A DNA stretch of 64,000 nt, from positions 5,443 through 69,442 of the IMG/VR virus record IMGVR_UViG_3300049578_000049, one strand, 5' to 3'. The number at the start of each line of letters is the position of its first letter. Position 1 is the first letter of the stretch. This document shows positions 53,967 through 63,057 of the stretch, piece by piece. This DNA is from a virus (Duplodnaviria; Caudoviricetes). The notes beneath the pieces are model-generated. The model saw nothing but the letters and a program-made list of their open reading frames with translations. It had not been told where the DNA came from and made no database searches. The position numbers were made by a program, and so were the translations under genes.

Positions 53967-54145
53967 CCCCGGTACCTCCCGGCCAGGTGCTCGAAGACGA
54001 GCAGGAAGACGCCGAGGCCGGCCGCGGCGGCGCCGAGCAGGAACAGGAACAGCGTCGTCCCGAACCCTGCGTCGGCACCGACCACGGTCATGAGGATGAT
54101 CCCGCACACGATCATCGCCCAGCCGTAGACCCGCAGGATGGTCAC
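53963..54145 (-). CDS. Small 2-TM membrane protein
   Basis: Hydrophobic; GTG start. Confidence 0.55.
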   Translation of the reverse strand: MTILRVYGWAMIVCGIILMTVVGADAGFGTTLFLFLLGAAAAGLGVFLLVFEHLAGRYRG

Positions 54146-54149
54146 ATCG

Positions 54150-55481
54150 TCACGCCCTCGGGAAGCGGGGGGCGGAGAAGCCGGAGCGGTACTGCTCGGT
54201 GAGCATGACGGCGGCGGCGTAGTCGTACGCCTGCGACCAGCTCTCCGTCCACTCCGCGCGCCAGCCGGTCCCGGCGGCGGCGACCAGGGTGCGGAACAGA
54301 ACCTCCTTGACGGCGGCGTACTCCTCCCACGTCGCACCCCGGACCGTGCCGTCCGGGCGGGCGAATGCCGCGTGGCTGCGGCCGAAGGACTTCAACGCGG
54401 TGTCCAGCCGGGCCATCTTGTCCGTGTCGGCGGGGTCGTACAGGTCGGACAGGGCGATCAGGGCCTTGAGCAGCTTGTCGCGCTGGCCCTTGGTCGCGTC
54501 GGTGGTCAGGAGGTCGGCGGGGAACAGGTCGGCCAGGCCGGGCGCCACGCTGAGCAGCTCGGCGTAGAAAGCCTTCACGATCTCGGCGCCGGAGTCGCCG
54601 ACCAGGGCGATCGAGGCGCGGAGGTTGTCGCTGATGCTCGGCATGTATCCGGTCCCCTCGCAGTGCGGGCAGGTCTCACGCTCGACCCTGACGATCGGCG
54701 CCGGCACCGGAGCCGACGCGGTCACCGGAGCACCGGCCAGGATGTTGCGGCCCGGCTGGGGCCCGGCCAGCACAACCTCCCCGTACTCGCCATCCCGAAT
54801 GTCTCGCAGCGCCCGGCCCTGATCATCCGTCAACCTCTCGACAGGAAGCTCGATCGGCGCGCCGAGCGGATCGGCGATCAGTCGCGGGTCGGTCTGCATG
54901 AGGGTCGCCAACCGTCGGCTTTCCTCGCCGGGCTCCCTGGTGACCACCTGCACCTCGTCGCCGCTGCGGCCGTAGCTCTGCACGTCGCGCAGATCCTCGG
55001 CACCGGGAGGCGGCCCGGCGAGCGCGACGTCCGGGTCGTGGTACGGGACCTCGTGCCACGCGCCGCCGCTGAAGACGTAGCGTCGCCGGTCCTGCTCGTC
55101 CTCGAACACGGTGCCGTCGGTCGGATCGAGCGGCCGGCCGAGCTCGTCCACGCGCGCCGCGGCGATCGCTTCCTCGGCGGCGGCCTTGTCCCGCTCGGCG
55201 GCATGCTTGTCGTCGGCGCTCATGACCCATCCGTCCGACGGCGGCTGCTCCGGGACCTCTCCACCGTGGTAGAACTTCTCGTTCGGCATCCGGATCGGGT
55301 CCGGGCTGGTCGGATCGTTCATCGTCTCCTGCTTTCGTCTCCGGTCGCGCTTCCATCGGTAACCGATCTCCAGGGCGGCGGACAGCGCCGCCAGGATCAG
55401 CACGAGCATCCCGAACGCCCACGGGTTCTCGCGCATCGGATCATTCCACAGGTCGTGCCACCACTCGCCCATGCTGCTCAT
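54150..55481 (-). CDS. Globin-domain protein: N-terminal TM, acidic/Pro linker, CxxC, C-terminal globin
   Basis: Globin landmarks FY (B10 Tyr), LFP (CD1 Phe), Q-R.KL (E7 Gln), GRSH (F8 His), W..AY. An alternative start at 55322 would remove the TM segment. Confidence 0.85.
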   Translation of the reverse strand: MSSMGEWWHDLWNDPMRENPWAFGMLVLILAALSAALEIGYRWKRDRRRKQETMNDPTSPDPIRMPNEKFYHGGEVPEQPPSDGWVMSADDKHAAERDKAAAEEAIAAARVDELGRPLDPTDGTVFEDEQDRRRYVFSGGAWHEVPYHDPDVALAGPPPGAEDLRDVQSYGRSGDEVQVVTREPGEESRRLATLMQTDPRLIADPLGAPIELPVERLTDDQGRALRDIRDGEYGEVVLAGPQPGRNILAGAPVTASAPVPAPIVRVERETCPHCEGTGYMPSISDNLRASIALVGDSGAEIVKAFYAELLSVAPGLADLFPADLLTTDATKGQRDKLLKALIALSDLYDPADTDKMARLDTALKSFGRSHAAFARPDGTVRGATWEEYAAVKEVLFRTLVAAAGTGWRAEWTESWSQAYDYAAAVMLTEQYRSGFSAPRFPRA

Positions 55482-55714
55482 TCTCCGCCCGGTGCCCGTA
55501 CATGGCACACCTGCCATTCCGTACAACTGAGCCGCAGGTCACCCAGTGCGGCGCCCAGGAGGGCCAGATGCGAGCGCCGCAGTACTCCCGCCTGTCGACG
55601 AGGAGGTAGGAGCTGGATGGGGGCGCTTTCCACTCGCTGATCAGGACAACGCTTCGGCCGTCGATCACGATGAACCGCCGAAGAACGTCCGCTCGATCCA
55701 CTCCACCGAGCCCA

Positions 55715-56317
55715 TCACAACGCCCCCAATTCGCGGCGCCACTTCCTGCTCCACCGGGCCGCGTGGTAGAGGTCGGCGAACAGCGGCGCTTCATCGATCT
55801 TCGGCGTGCCGTCGGTGCGCCAGAAACGGTAGGCGGCCGCGTATCGGCCGTTGAGGAAGCCGAGTCCGTAGTGCAGCCAGCCCCGGTAGGCGATCCCGCG
55901 CTCGATCACCGTGTAGCACTCCCACACCCCGCGCGGAAGACCGCGCAGCACCTCGTCCGTGATGGCGAACGGGCTGGCCGCAGCGTAGTCCTCGATATCG
56001 TCGAGCAGGTGATGGATCCTCCCGTGCGCGTTTGCACACAGCTGGACTACCTGCGCGTCACCTCCGCCCCGGGGCCGCGGACGCACGTGGTGCAACTCGA
56101 TCGGCACGGCTTCGTCGTGTTCTGGGTGCACGAGACACGCCCGCCCGAGCCTCACCGCACGAGCAGCGAGAGCAGGTAGACGATCAGGGCGGCCATGGTC
56201 ACGGATGAAGCGGTCAGGCTGATTGCGGCGGCGCATACCACCAGCATGTACCCGCAGCGGCGGACCGGGGTACGGCACATGGACACCTCCCGGTTTACGG
56301 CAGACCGGCCGTGGCAT
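55715..56317 (-). CDS. HNH endonuclease-like protein
   Basis: ELHHVRPR..GG....V.LC.N.H..IH; start uncertain. Confidence 0.75.
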   Translation of the reverse strand: MPRPVCRKPGGVHVPYPGPPLRVHAGGMRRRNQPDRFIRDHGRPDRLPALAARAVRLGRACLVHPEHDEAVPIELHHVRPRPRGGGDAQVVQLCANAHGRIHHLLDDIEDYAAASPFAITDEVLRGLPRGVWECYTVIERGIAYRGWLHYGLGFLNGRYAAAYRFWRTDGTPKIDEAPLFADLYHAARWSRKWRRELGAL

Positions 56318-56454
56318 CAGGGAAGGACGCCGACGATGCCGAGGATCGCCACGACGAGCGTCAGCACGATGTACAGCGCAGCGATCAGCATCGTGCGCAG
56401 GGCATGCTCGGCACTCCACTGGCGCGCCCACCACGAGGCCAGCCGTCGTCTCAT
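56317..56454 (-). CDS. Small membrane protein
   Basis: Hand translation MRRRLASWW...LYIVLTLVVAILGIVGVLP. Confidence 0.5.
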   Translation of the reverse strand: MRRRLASWWARQWSAEHALRTMLIAALYIVLTLVVAILGIVGVLP

Positions 56455-56828
56455 GGCCGGATCATCCGGCACTCGGACGTTTCGTGACCGATCGGGCCGC
56501 CGCGGGTGTCGCCGCAGTTCGAGCAGTGCGGATTGCGCCGCGGGGGCCCGGGATCGCCCAGGTCAACGTGCAGCCACTCCGTGACGACATGGCCGCGACT
56601 GTTGACCCATGCCCGGCAGGTGCCGGCACAGTCCGACGGCGACTCGTCACCACGATCGAGGCTGCCGCAATTGACCAGCTCGTACCGCTCGAAGCTGGGT
56701 CCGTGCGCGATGACCGACTGCCCCCAGTGCCCGCAATTTTGGTGCGGGCAAGATCCGAGCACCCGCGCCGGGCCGTGCCCTTTGAACCAGCTGATATCGC
56801 CAGGATGATCGAGGTGCGGTTCAGCCAT
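56451..56828 (-). CDS. Cys/His-rich hypothetical protein
   Basis: CPH.NC.H...C...C...C; CSNC...H...C. Confidence 0.65.
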   Translation of the reverse strand: MAEPHLDHPGDISWFKGHGPARVLGSCPHQNCGHWGQSVIAHGPSFERYELVNCGSLDRGDESPSDCAGTCRAWVNSRGHVVTEWLHVDLGDPGPPRRNPHCSNCGDTRGGPIGHETSECRMIRP

Positions 56829-56937
56829 CGGCCTTGCTCTTCCGGATCGCCCGGGCGGTCAGCGCGTCTATCACGAACACACGCCCGCTCCTCGTGCGCC
56901 ATCCGATCACGCGTCCTAGGTACCGTTCCAGCTTCAT
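56821..56937 (-). CDS. Small basic peptide
   Basis: Hand translation MKLERYLGRVIGWR...; fills the gap with coupled ends. Confidence 0.35.
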   Translation of the reverse strand: MKLERYLGRVIGWRTRSGRVFVIDALTARAIRKSKADG

Positions 56938-56940
56938 CGA

Positions 56941-57387
56941 TCAGCCGTTCTCCCGGGCGGCCTTGGCCGAGACGCCCTTGCCCCACTCGGGATGCGTGTT
57001 GAGGAAGGCGGCGATCGTGTCGTTCAGGTACTCGCCGGTGTCCCGCGCCCAGACGTGGCCGACGTAGCGGACGAACGAGCGGCCTTCGCTGACCTCCCGC
57101 CGTCCGTGAGACAGCTCGGTGACGACCACGAACGGCCAGCGGCGGCGAGCGGCACGGAAGCGCTCCTCCACCTCCCCGAAAACCTCAGCGGTGAACATTG
57201 CCGCCTCGGCGCCGCCAAACTGCTTGCGCTCCGGGGCCAGCACACCGGCCAGCCGGATCTGCTCCTCGGCGCGGCCGTTGAGCCCCTGATCGAGCAACAT
57301 CAGCACCGTGTCGCCGTCGTCCCCGTCGTCGCGCGGCCGGTCCGCCCGGGCCGCGCGGTAGCGGTACTCCCACTGATCAGAGATCAT
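56941..57387 (-). CDS. Thermonuclease (SNase)-like protein
   Basis: YRY.A...DGDTV...D.G....IRLAGV.APE...G.EA. Confidence 0.78.
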   Translation of the reverse strand: MISDQWEYRYRAARADRPRDDGDDGDTVLMLLDQGLNGRAEEQIRLAGVLAPERKQFGGAEAAMFTAEVFGEVEERFRAARRRWPFVVVTELSHGRREVSEGRSFVRYVGHVWARDTGEYLNDTIAAFLNTHPEWGKGVSAKAARENG

Positions 57388-57739
57388 GACGGAGCCTTTC
57401 CGGCGACAACGCGACGTGCATAGGGCCACCGTCGCTGATGCCGATGAATTTGAACCGCATGGCCGTGCTGCCGAACACGAGCGTCGAGTCACCCTGGAAC
57501 GTCGTCGGACGGCGGGGAACGCAGAGATGAACGTGATCGCCGCCGGTGAAGTCCCGGGTCGGCGTGTCCCACCACGGCTCGGGGTCGATGATCTCAAGCG
57601 CCCGGCGTGGCAGGACGATCGGCAGATCGGGCGCGCTGATTCGGCGCCACATCGTCACGATGATCAGGCCGGTCCCGTTGCACTCCCAGCCGGCATCATG
57701 GAGCGGCGGCATCAGGGCGCCGCACGGTTGCGCCGTCAT
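57377..57739 (-). CDS. Hypothetical protein
   Basis: GGAGG RBS; coupled. Confidence 0.55.
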   Translation of the reverse strand: MTAQPCGALMPPLHDAGWECNGTGLIIVTMWRRISAPDLPIVLPRRALEIIDPEPWWDTPTRDFTGGDHVHLCVPRRPTTFQGDSTLVFGSTAMRFKFIGISDGGPMHVALSPERLRHDL

Positions 57740-58104
57740 CGCCCCTCCAGCGCGCGCCGGGATTCGATCTCGCCAGCCGGCTCCGCCCAGTCCGGTCGCG
57801 GCGCATGGTCGTCCAGCGCGCCGAGGATGCCCTCCATCTGGAAGCGAACCACGGTCAGGCCGGGGGCATAGAAACGGTCCAGCGGGGCAAGTTGGATCTC
57901 TTCCACCTCGCGCTCGGTCTCGACCTGGCCGAAGCTGCCGTGCATCTGCCAGCTCACGAACTGATTCGGCGCGACCTCGACCAGCACTCCGGCCCGGCCA
58001 CGGAACATGCCCGGCGGTGGAGGCTGGCCGATCAGCCGGCCAGACCCATCGCGCCGCCAGTGCTCCTCGCCGTGCCCCCACGACATCCTGCCCGTGCTGC
58101 TCAT
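57736..58104 (-). CDS. Hypothetical protein
   Basis: Coupled ORF. Confidence 0.6.
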   Translation of the reverse strand: MSSTGRMSWGHGEEHWRRDGSGRLIGQPPPPGMFRGRAGVLVEVAPNQFVSWQMHGSFGQVETEREVEEIQLAPLDRFYAPGLTVVRFQMEGILGALDDHAPRPDWAEPAGEIESRRALEGR

Positions 58105-58385
58105 GCGCCGATCTCCCGTCGATGGGCGCTGCCGCTGTAGCGGTGAGGCTCTCCGGACGCAAGCACCAAGGCGGGCGGCACCTCCTCGCCGTCGATGACC
58201 TCGGCGGGCACGCTCAGGCGGAAGACCCGTTCGTCGGTCATCGGGTCGTCAAGCCACCGCACCTCGCCGACCGAACTGGCCAGCTCCTCCATCGGGATGC
58301 GCACCTCTGTCACGCCGGTCGCGCGCATGAACGCGCGCGCCCATTGCGCCCCGATCCGGTCCTGCTCCTCAGTCGAAAAGATCAC
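58101..58385 (-). CDS. Hypothetical protein
   Basis: Coupled ORF. Confidence 0.55.
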   Translation of the reverse strand: MIFSTEEQDRIGAQWARAFMRATGVTEVRIPMEELASSVGEVRWLDDPMTDERVFRLSVPAEVIDGEEVPPALVLASGEPHRYSGSAHRREIGA

Positions 58386-59011
58386 GCGCCGCCGCCCATC
58401 GTCGTGCCGTCTCCGAAGACGAGGCGCTCCTCGCCGGTCATCCGGCCGGACTCCATGCGCGCCCGCGTGGGGTTGCCGTCGGCATCGGAGCAGCTAGGGA
58501 AGAAGCACCTCACCTCGCCCTTGCGCTTGAGCATACGCAGGCCGTATGTCGTGCAGTACGGGCAAGCGATCTGCCGGTCACCGTTACGGGGCAGCGGCAC
58601 CCACGGCTCATCCTCGTCCACCGCGGGGACCCCGCGAGCGTTGCCGACCCACTTCTCCAGCGCGCCGATCACCCAGCGCAGCACCGTGTCGGACGCCGTC
58701 GGTGCGAAGTTGCGGACGATGTCGAGCGCCTCGGGGCCGTAGGTGTCCTTGTAGAGCGGCAGGTGCAGACCGGCGGCCGAGCGCATGCCGCGGGCGAGAT
58801 TGCCGGCGCCGAAGTAGAGGTCCCAGTAGGCCGAGGCGGCGGCCGCCGCCCACGGCTCGGACGACTCCGGCGCGTGCCGGCCGATCGTGCCGGTGTCCGG
58901 TCCCGCCGACTCCGGCTCGGCGAGCAGCGGCTCCAGCCTGGCGAGGTACGTCTCCGCGTCGTCCACCAGCTTGAGCAGCCAGCCTGTCCTGTCCGTCTCC
59001 ACGCGCGCCAT
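58382..59011 (-). CDS. Hypothetical protein with C-terminal zinc ribbon (late-regulator-like)
   Basis: CPYC...L...V.C...C. Confidence 0.65.
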   Translation of the reverse strand: MARVETDRTGWLLKLVDDAETYLARLEPLLAEPESAGPDTGTIGRHAPESSEPWAAAAASAYWDLYFGAGNLARGMRSAAGLHLPLYKDTYGPEALDIVRNFAPTASDTVLRWVIGALEKWVGNARGVPAVDEDEPWVPLPRNGDRQIACPYCTTYGLRMLKRKGEVRCFFPSCSDADGNPTRARMESGRMTGEERLVFGDGTTMGGGA

Positions 59012-59018
59012 GGACGGA

Positions 59019-59378
59019 TCATGGCACGATGCGAGGCGGATCGTTCACCGATAGGGTCGGAAAGACTTCCGCGACCACCTTCCTGCCGATGGCACCGAAG
59101 CACTCGTCGGACAGTTCGCCCTCCTGCCGGAAGTGCTCGGCCACGAGACCCCGCAGGGTATCGCGCAGCTTGACCATCGAGAGCGGCCGGTCCAGTTTCG
59201 CCGACTCCATGCCGGGTGCGATCTCGGGAAGGTCGGTCGTCTCGTCGCCCTCGATGCCGATGACGATGCTGTTACACACCGGTTCTGGCCATGCCGAGAC
59301 CATGCGTTCGCCCGGATTCAGGGCCAGCAGGTAGTGCAGATCTTCCTCGGTCAGCACGATTCGCGCTCGTCTCCTCAT
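59019..59378 (-). CDS. Hypothetical protein
   Basis: GAGGAG RBS. Confidence 0.6.
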   Translation of the reverse strand: MRRRARIVLTEEDLHYLLALNPGERMVSAWPEPVCNSIVIGIEGDETTDLPEIAPGMESAKLDRPLSMVKLRDTLRGLVAEHFRQEGELSDECFGAIGRKVVAEVFPTLSVNDPPRIVP

Positions 59379-59395
59379 GTCGTCATCGTGGCACG

Positions 59396-59425
59396 AAAAA
59401 GCCCCCGGTCGCGATGACCGGGGGC
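59396..59425 (-). terminator. Intrinsic terminator
   Basis: GCCCCCGGTC/GACCGGGGGC with a U-tract on the minus strand. Confidence 0.75.
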
Positions 59426-59456
59426 CGTTACCGCTGGCGCCGCGCGCCTTGGTAGC

Positions 59457-59684
59457 TCAGCCGAGCAGGTGGTCCCAATGGCCGGCCTTGACGTCGCTGA
59501 AGAACTGGCGGACCTCCTGCTCGGTGTAGGTCACCGAGCCGTCGTTGCCCGCGATTGTGCTGGTGAAGGTGAAGCCGCCGGTGCCGTCAGGCTTGATCTC
59601 GACGCACGCCAGGTTCGCGCACGGCCAGCCGCGCCGGGACTGGACGGGAGGGATGGGAAGCTGCTCGGGCTGCACGTTCGGCAT
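59457..59684 (-). CDS. DUF397-family protein
   Basis: C.N..CVEI...S......L/V.Y...E...F...VKAG..D. Confidence 0.78.
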   Translation of the reverse strand: MPNVQPEQLPIPPVQSRRGWPCANLACVEIKPDGTGGFTFTSTIAGNDGSVTYTEQEVRQFFSDVKAGHWDHLLG

Positions 59685-59731
59685 GGTCGTCTCCTCTGTT
59701 CGGTACTGCGCGCCTCGCCCGAGTCTATCGG

Positions 59732-60082
59732 TCAGGATCGATGATCGGAACGCTGGTCAGGGATGCTGAGCTGCGACTTGTGCAGCTCCTTCGGAATCTC
59801 CTGCCGCTTGCCGTGGGCCCGGGCGAACTCGTTCATCGCCAGGTCGACCAACGTCGTCTGGACGTGCATCGGCTCGTCCGGGCCGATCAGCGCCTCATGC
59901 ACGGCCAGGTAGGTGACGTAGGACTCCAGCACCTCGCCCGTGTCCCTGTTCGTCACGCCCTGGGTGATCTTGCGGATCCGGTGGTTCGCCGCGTTGCGGA
60001 TGTCCACCCAGACCTGGACGCCGTCGGGCAGGCCGTCCACCCATTCGCCGTGCCGGTCGCCGCCGATGATGAGCACCTTCAC
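59732..60082 (-). CDS. Hypothetical protein
   Basis: GGAGG RBS plus GTG; IGG.RHG motif. Confidence 0.6.
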   Translation of the reverse strand: MKVLIIGGDRHGEWVDGLPDGVQVWVDIRNAANHRIRKITQGVTNRDTGEVLESYVTYLAVHEALIGPDEPMHVQTTLVDLAMNEFARAHGKRQEIPKELHKSQLSIPDQRSDHRS

Positions 60083-60462
60083 CGAACCATCCTCCATCCC
60101 TTGCCGAAGCCGTCCGGCCGATCCACCAGGACGACCCGCCGGCCCTGCACGATGTCCTCCAGTACGGGCGCGGCCACGCTCGCGTCCGATTCGCCGTCGT
60201 ACGGCTCCAGCCACCCCCGGGTCACGTGTGCGACCGTGCTCATCGGTATTTCGACGGCGGCGGCCAGTCCGGGGATGCTGTACAGCTCCGGCCGAGCGGT
60301 CGCCGGCAGGTCGATCGAATACCCGCGATCGGGTACCGCCATCAGATGGCTGACCACCTTGACCACGTCGTCCGAGGGTGGTTCGTCCGACCATTCGATC
60401 TCCACGTTCTCCGGCATGCGGCCGTCCGTGGCGGCGTAGGTCACGCTGATCCGGACGGTCAT
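60079..60462 (-). CDS. Hypothetical protein
   Basis: TGATG coupling. Confidence 0.55.
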   Translation of the reverse strand: MTVRISVTYAATDGRMPENVEIEWSDEPPSDDVVKVVSHLMAVPDRGYSIDLPATARPELYSIPGLAAAVEIPMSTVAHVTRGWLEPYDGESDASVAAPVLEDIVQGRRVVLVDRPDGFGKGWRMVR

Positions 60463-60788
60463 CAGAACCCCCGGGCGAACGCGTTGTCCAGGTACTCGTC
60501 GTCGCGCAGATGCTCGGGCACCTCGTAATCGATCGAGAACCACCGTTCGAACGCCTGTGTGTTCACAGTGATCAGACCGCGTGAGAGCAGGAAGGCCAGA
60601 GCCCTGTGCACCTCTGCGCGAGTGCGCGTTGCGGGAGCGAGGTTGAAATATCCAGCCGGACTCCACATCTTCACGAACGATGCGGCCCCCACCCCCATTC
60701 GGACCGCGAGGTCGAGCGCCGCACGCTGCGCGGCCTTCTCCTCGTCGGTCAGATCCGGCAGCACATCGCCGTCCTGCATGTCGGTCAT
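60462..60788 (-). CDS. Hypothetical protein
   Basis: GAGGAG RBS. Confidence 0.65.
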   Translation of the reverse strand: MTDMQDGDVLPDLTDEEKAAQRAALDLAVRMGVGAASFVKMWSPAGYFNLAPATRTRAEVHRALAFLLSRGLITVNTQAFERWFSIDYEVPEHLRDDEYLDNAFARGF

Positions 60789-60797
60789 ATCGTCTCC

Positions 60798-61154
60798 TCA
60801 GTGAGCGGGTACGTTGCGGGACCTCAGCGCCCGCAACTCTCTATCGATGCGGCCGCAGCGCAGGTCTGCGGGGGTCCACACCGCAAAGTCCGCGCCCGCG
60901 GCCCGCAACTTCAGCGACCAGCCTTTCTGCTCCGGCGACAGGGTGCCGGTCGCTGACTTGAGCTCGCGGAACAGGACGCCGGCCGGGCCGACGATGGTCA
61001 GGTCCGGATAGCCCTTGCCGTCGCCCTGCACCGCGGTCACCCAGCGGTCGGAGCCGTCGCGGTCCTTCACCCGGGCCGGGCGGAAGTGCGCCACGGTGCA
61101 GCCCCGCAGGCGACACAGGTCGATCACCGCGGCCAGCAGTTCGTCCTCGGTCAC
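60798..61154 (-). CDS. VRR-NUC domain nuclease (Holliday junction resolvase-like)
   Basis: E..L...V...G.PDL...F.ELK...G.LSPEQ..W. Confidence 0.85.
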   Translation of the reverse strand: MTEDELLAAVIDLCRLRGCTVAHFRPARVKDRDGSDRWVTAVQGDGKGYPDLTIVGPAGVLFRELKSATGTLSPEQKGWSLKLRAAGADFAVWTPADLRCGRIDRELRALRSRNVPAH

Positions 61155-61303
61155 TCCTCTGCCCCGTCCCACTCGACCTCGCCGAGGACATAGCGCAGGC
61201 GGTCCGTCCAGACGGCGAGCGACACGCCGATGGCCGTTCCCGCCACCGCGCCGGCGGCCACGGCCAGGACCACCATCACGGCGAACGTCCTCGTGCCGAT
61301 CAC
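61151..61303 (-). CDS. Small membrane protein
   Basis: Single TM segment; GTGA overlaps. Confidence 0.5.
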   Translation of the reverse strand: MIGTRTFAVMVVLAVAAGAVAGTAIGVSLAVWTDRLRYVLGEVEWDGAEE

Positions 61304-61485
61304 GAGACCTCCAGGCCGTATCGCCCGTTCTCGTCGGGCTCGCCGGACATCCTGACCTGCTCGGTGCCGAACGACAGCACGACGCTTTCGTAGTGGGCCA
61401 GGGTGACGCCGGTCTGCTCGGACAGCTCGGCGAGCCCGTTCAGGAACGTCGACAGAGCGTCCAGCGACTCGGTGCTAAGCATCAT
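61300..61485 (-). CDS. Hypothetical protein
   Basis: GAGGAG RBS. Confidence 0.55.
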   Translation of the reverse strand: MMLSTESLDALSTFLNGLAELSEQTGVTLAHYESVVLSFGTEQVRMSGEPDENGRYGLEVS

Positions 61486-61838
61486 CACGTGTCTCCTCTC
61501 GGTACGCGCCGCACCGGGTGCGGCGACATGCGGCGCTTGGTCGGTGCCCTGCGGCCGGTGCGCCCCCCGGTCCGTAGGTCCCAGCAGCGCTCGCCCTTGC
61601 CGGCGCCGCAGCCGGGCTCGGCACACTGCTGATCGATCGGGCCCGGGCCGCCGCGGGCGGGTCGATATGCCTTCGGCAGCAACGACGCAGGCTCGGCGCC
61701 CCACGCCCGCGGGACGCACAGCGACCGGCTGGGCACGGGGGCAGGGTACGGCCACGTCCGCCGGCAGAACCGGCACCACCAGACGGACCCGTCCCGGACC
61801 ACCACGTGATGATCCGCGCGCCGCGACGCCTCGTCCAT
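61485..61838 (-). CDS. Zinc-finger-like protein
   Basis: CRFC; C.EP.CGA..G.RC...H..R. Confidence 0.55.
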   Translation of the reverse strand: MDEASRRADHHVVVRDGSVWWCRFCRRTWPYPAPVPSRSLCVPRAWGAEPASLLPKAYRPARGGPGPIDQQCAEPGCGAGKGERCWDLRTGGRTGRRAPTKRRMSPHPVRRVPRGDT

Positions 61839-62158
61839 CAGTCCTCGTCCTCCCGCATGATGAAACGGGCCAGGGCCTCGGCGTCGGCCTGGTTCGTGAT
61901 CAAGCAGCCGCCGACCCACACGCCCGCCGCCGACCACCACGCAACCAGACGGCGGTGGTTCTCGCCCACCACGTCCAGCTCGTTCGGGCTCCGGGTCACG
62001 CCCGGCTCGGCGGCGGTCTCGTAGGTGTTCAGCGCGGCATGGACGTCCAGACGGTCCGCCGGTGCGGCGTGGCACAGCCGGGCGATCCGCGCGTCCCGCT
62101 CGGCCACCTGCTGCTGGAGAGCACGGACCCGGTTCTGCAGCATTTCGAAGTCGCTCAT
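61838..62158 (-). CDS. Hypothetical protein
   Basis: Coiled-coil N-terminus; coupled. Confidence 0.55.
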   Translation of the reverse strand: MSDFEMLQNRVRALQQQVAERDARIARLCHAAPADRLDVHAALNTYETAAEPGVTRSPNELDVVGENHRRLVAWWSAAGVWVGGCLITNQADAEALARFIMREDED

Positions 62159-62361
62159 GCCAGACCGGTCCCTTCGTCGCTTGATCCGGCCTCGTCTCCG
62201 TCCGGACAGGAGAAGCAGCACTGGATGACTTCCAGTCCGGCCGGCTCGTGGTCCGGGCAGCACGGGGTCTTAGAAACCTCATGCGCTGCGGCGGCGACAA
62301 CGGCAGCCATCACCTGCACGAGCGTGTTGCCGTCGCCGCGGCCACGGTGCCAGGTCTTCAT
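62155..62361 (-). CDS. Small Cys-rich protein
   Basis: CCPDH...CCFSC. Confidence 0.45.
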   Translation of the reverse strand: MKTWHRGRGDGNTLVQVMAAVVAAAAHEVSKTPCCPDHEPAGLEVIQCCFSCPDGDEAGSSDEGTGLA

Positions 62362-62657
62362 GACGGCTCCACGATGCCCAGGTCGAGCAGGTCGGTGGTC
62401 GCCTCGATGATCCTGGGCTCGAGCAGCATCAGGATGGCCAGCAGCCGCTCGTCGTCCGTGCCGCCGTCCATCCGGGTGACCTCGCCGAGCTGGTCGAGCA
62501 CCCGGTAGATCCGGTCCGCCCACTCCTGCTGCTGCTCGGCGGACACCATCAGCCGGGCGGCGGCGTGCCAGCTCGCGGCCGCCTGCACCGTCTCCTCCAG
62601 CACCCTGCGGATCCGGTCGTCGGTCTCCATCGCCTCACGCCAGTCCCGCGCGGTCAC
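62358..62657 (-). CDS. Hypothetical helical protein
   Basis: GTGA overlap start. Confidence 0.55.
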   Translation of the reverse strand: MTARDWREAMETDDRIRRVLEETVQAAASWHAAARLMVSAEQQQEWADRIYRVLDQLGEVTRMDGGTDDERLLAILMLLEPRIIEATTDLLDLGIVEPS

Positions 62658-63004
62658 GACGGCCTCGGCCCGAAGATCTGCTCCACCAGCCGGCCGAGCT
62701 GGTCGCGGGTCACGCCGCCGGCGAACAGCTCCGACCACCACGCCACTTCCAGAGGGATGCCCAGGTCGCGCGCGGCGACCGCCCGGACCGAGACGTGATC
62801 GCCGTCGATCGTGCCGCAGTAGCTCACGTAGTTGTGGCAGTACTCGACCCGGTGCCCGCTCAGCAGCACGGTCCACCCGGCGAAGCAAGCCGTGGTGCCG
62901 CACTCCCCGTCGCGGATCCAGGTCGTCTGGTCCCACTGCCGCGGGTGTGCGTCGATGTGGTCGAGCACCCGGTACGCCAGCTCCGCGTTCGTCCCCTTCT
63001 CCAT
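62654..63004 (-). CDS. Hypothetical actinophage protein
   Basis: I..HP..WDQ..W...CGTTACFAGW motif; follows the motif promoter. Confidence 0.75.
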   Translation of the reverse strand: MEKGTNAELAYRVLDHIDAHPRQWDQTTWIRDGECGTTACFAGWTVLLSGHRVEYCHNYVSYCGTIDGDHVSVRAVAARDLGIPLEVAWWSELFAGGVTRDQLGRLVEQIFGPRPS

Positions 63005-63028
63005 GCTCTGCTCCTCTCGGTCACCGTT

Positions 63029-63057
63029 ACTGTACCCCCAAACGCCTCATCGCTCAA
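63029..63057 (-). promoter_or_regulatory. Promoter TTGAGC-N17-TACAGT with the GGGGGTACAG motif (minus strand)
   Basis: CTGTACCCCC at 63030-63039. Confidence 0.8.
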
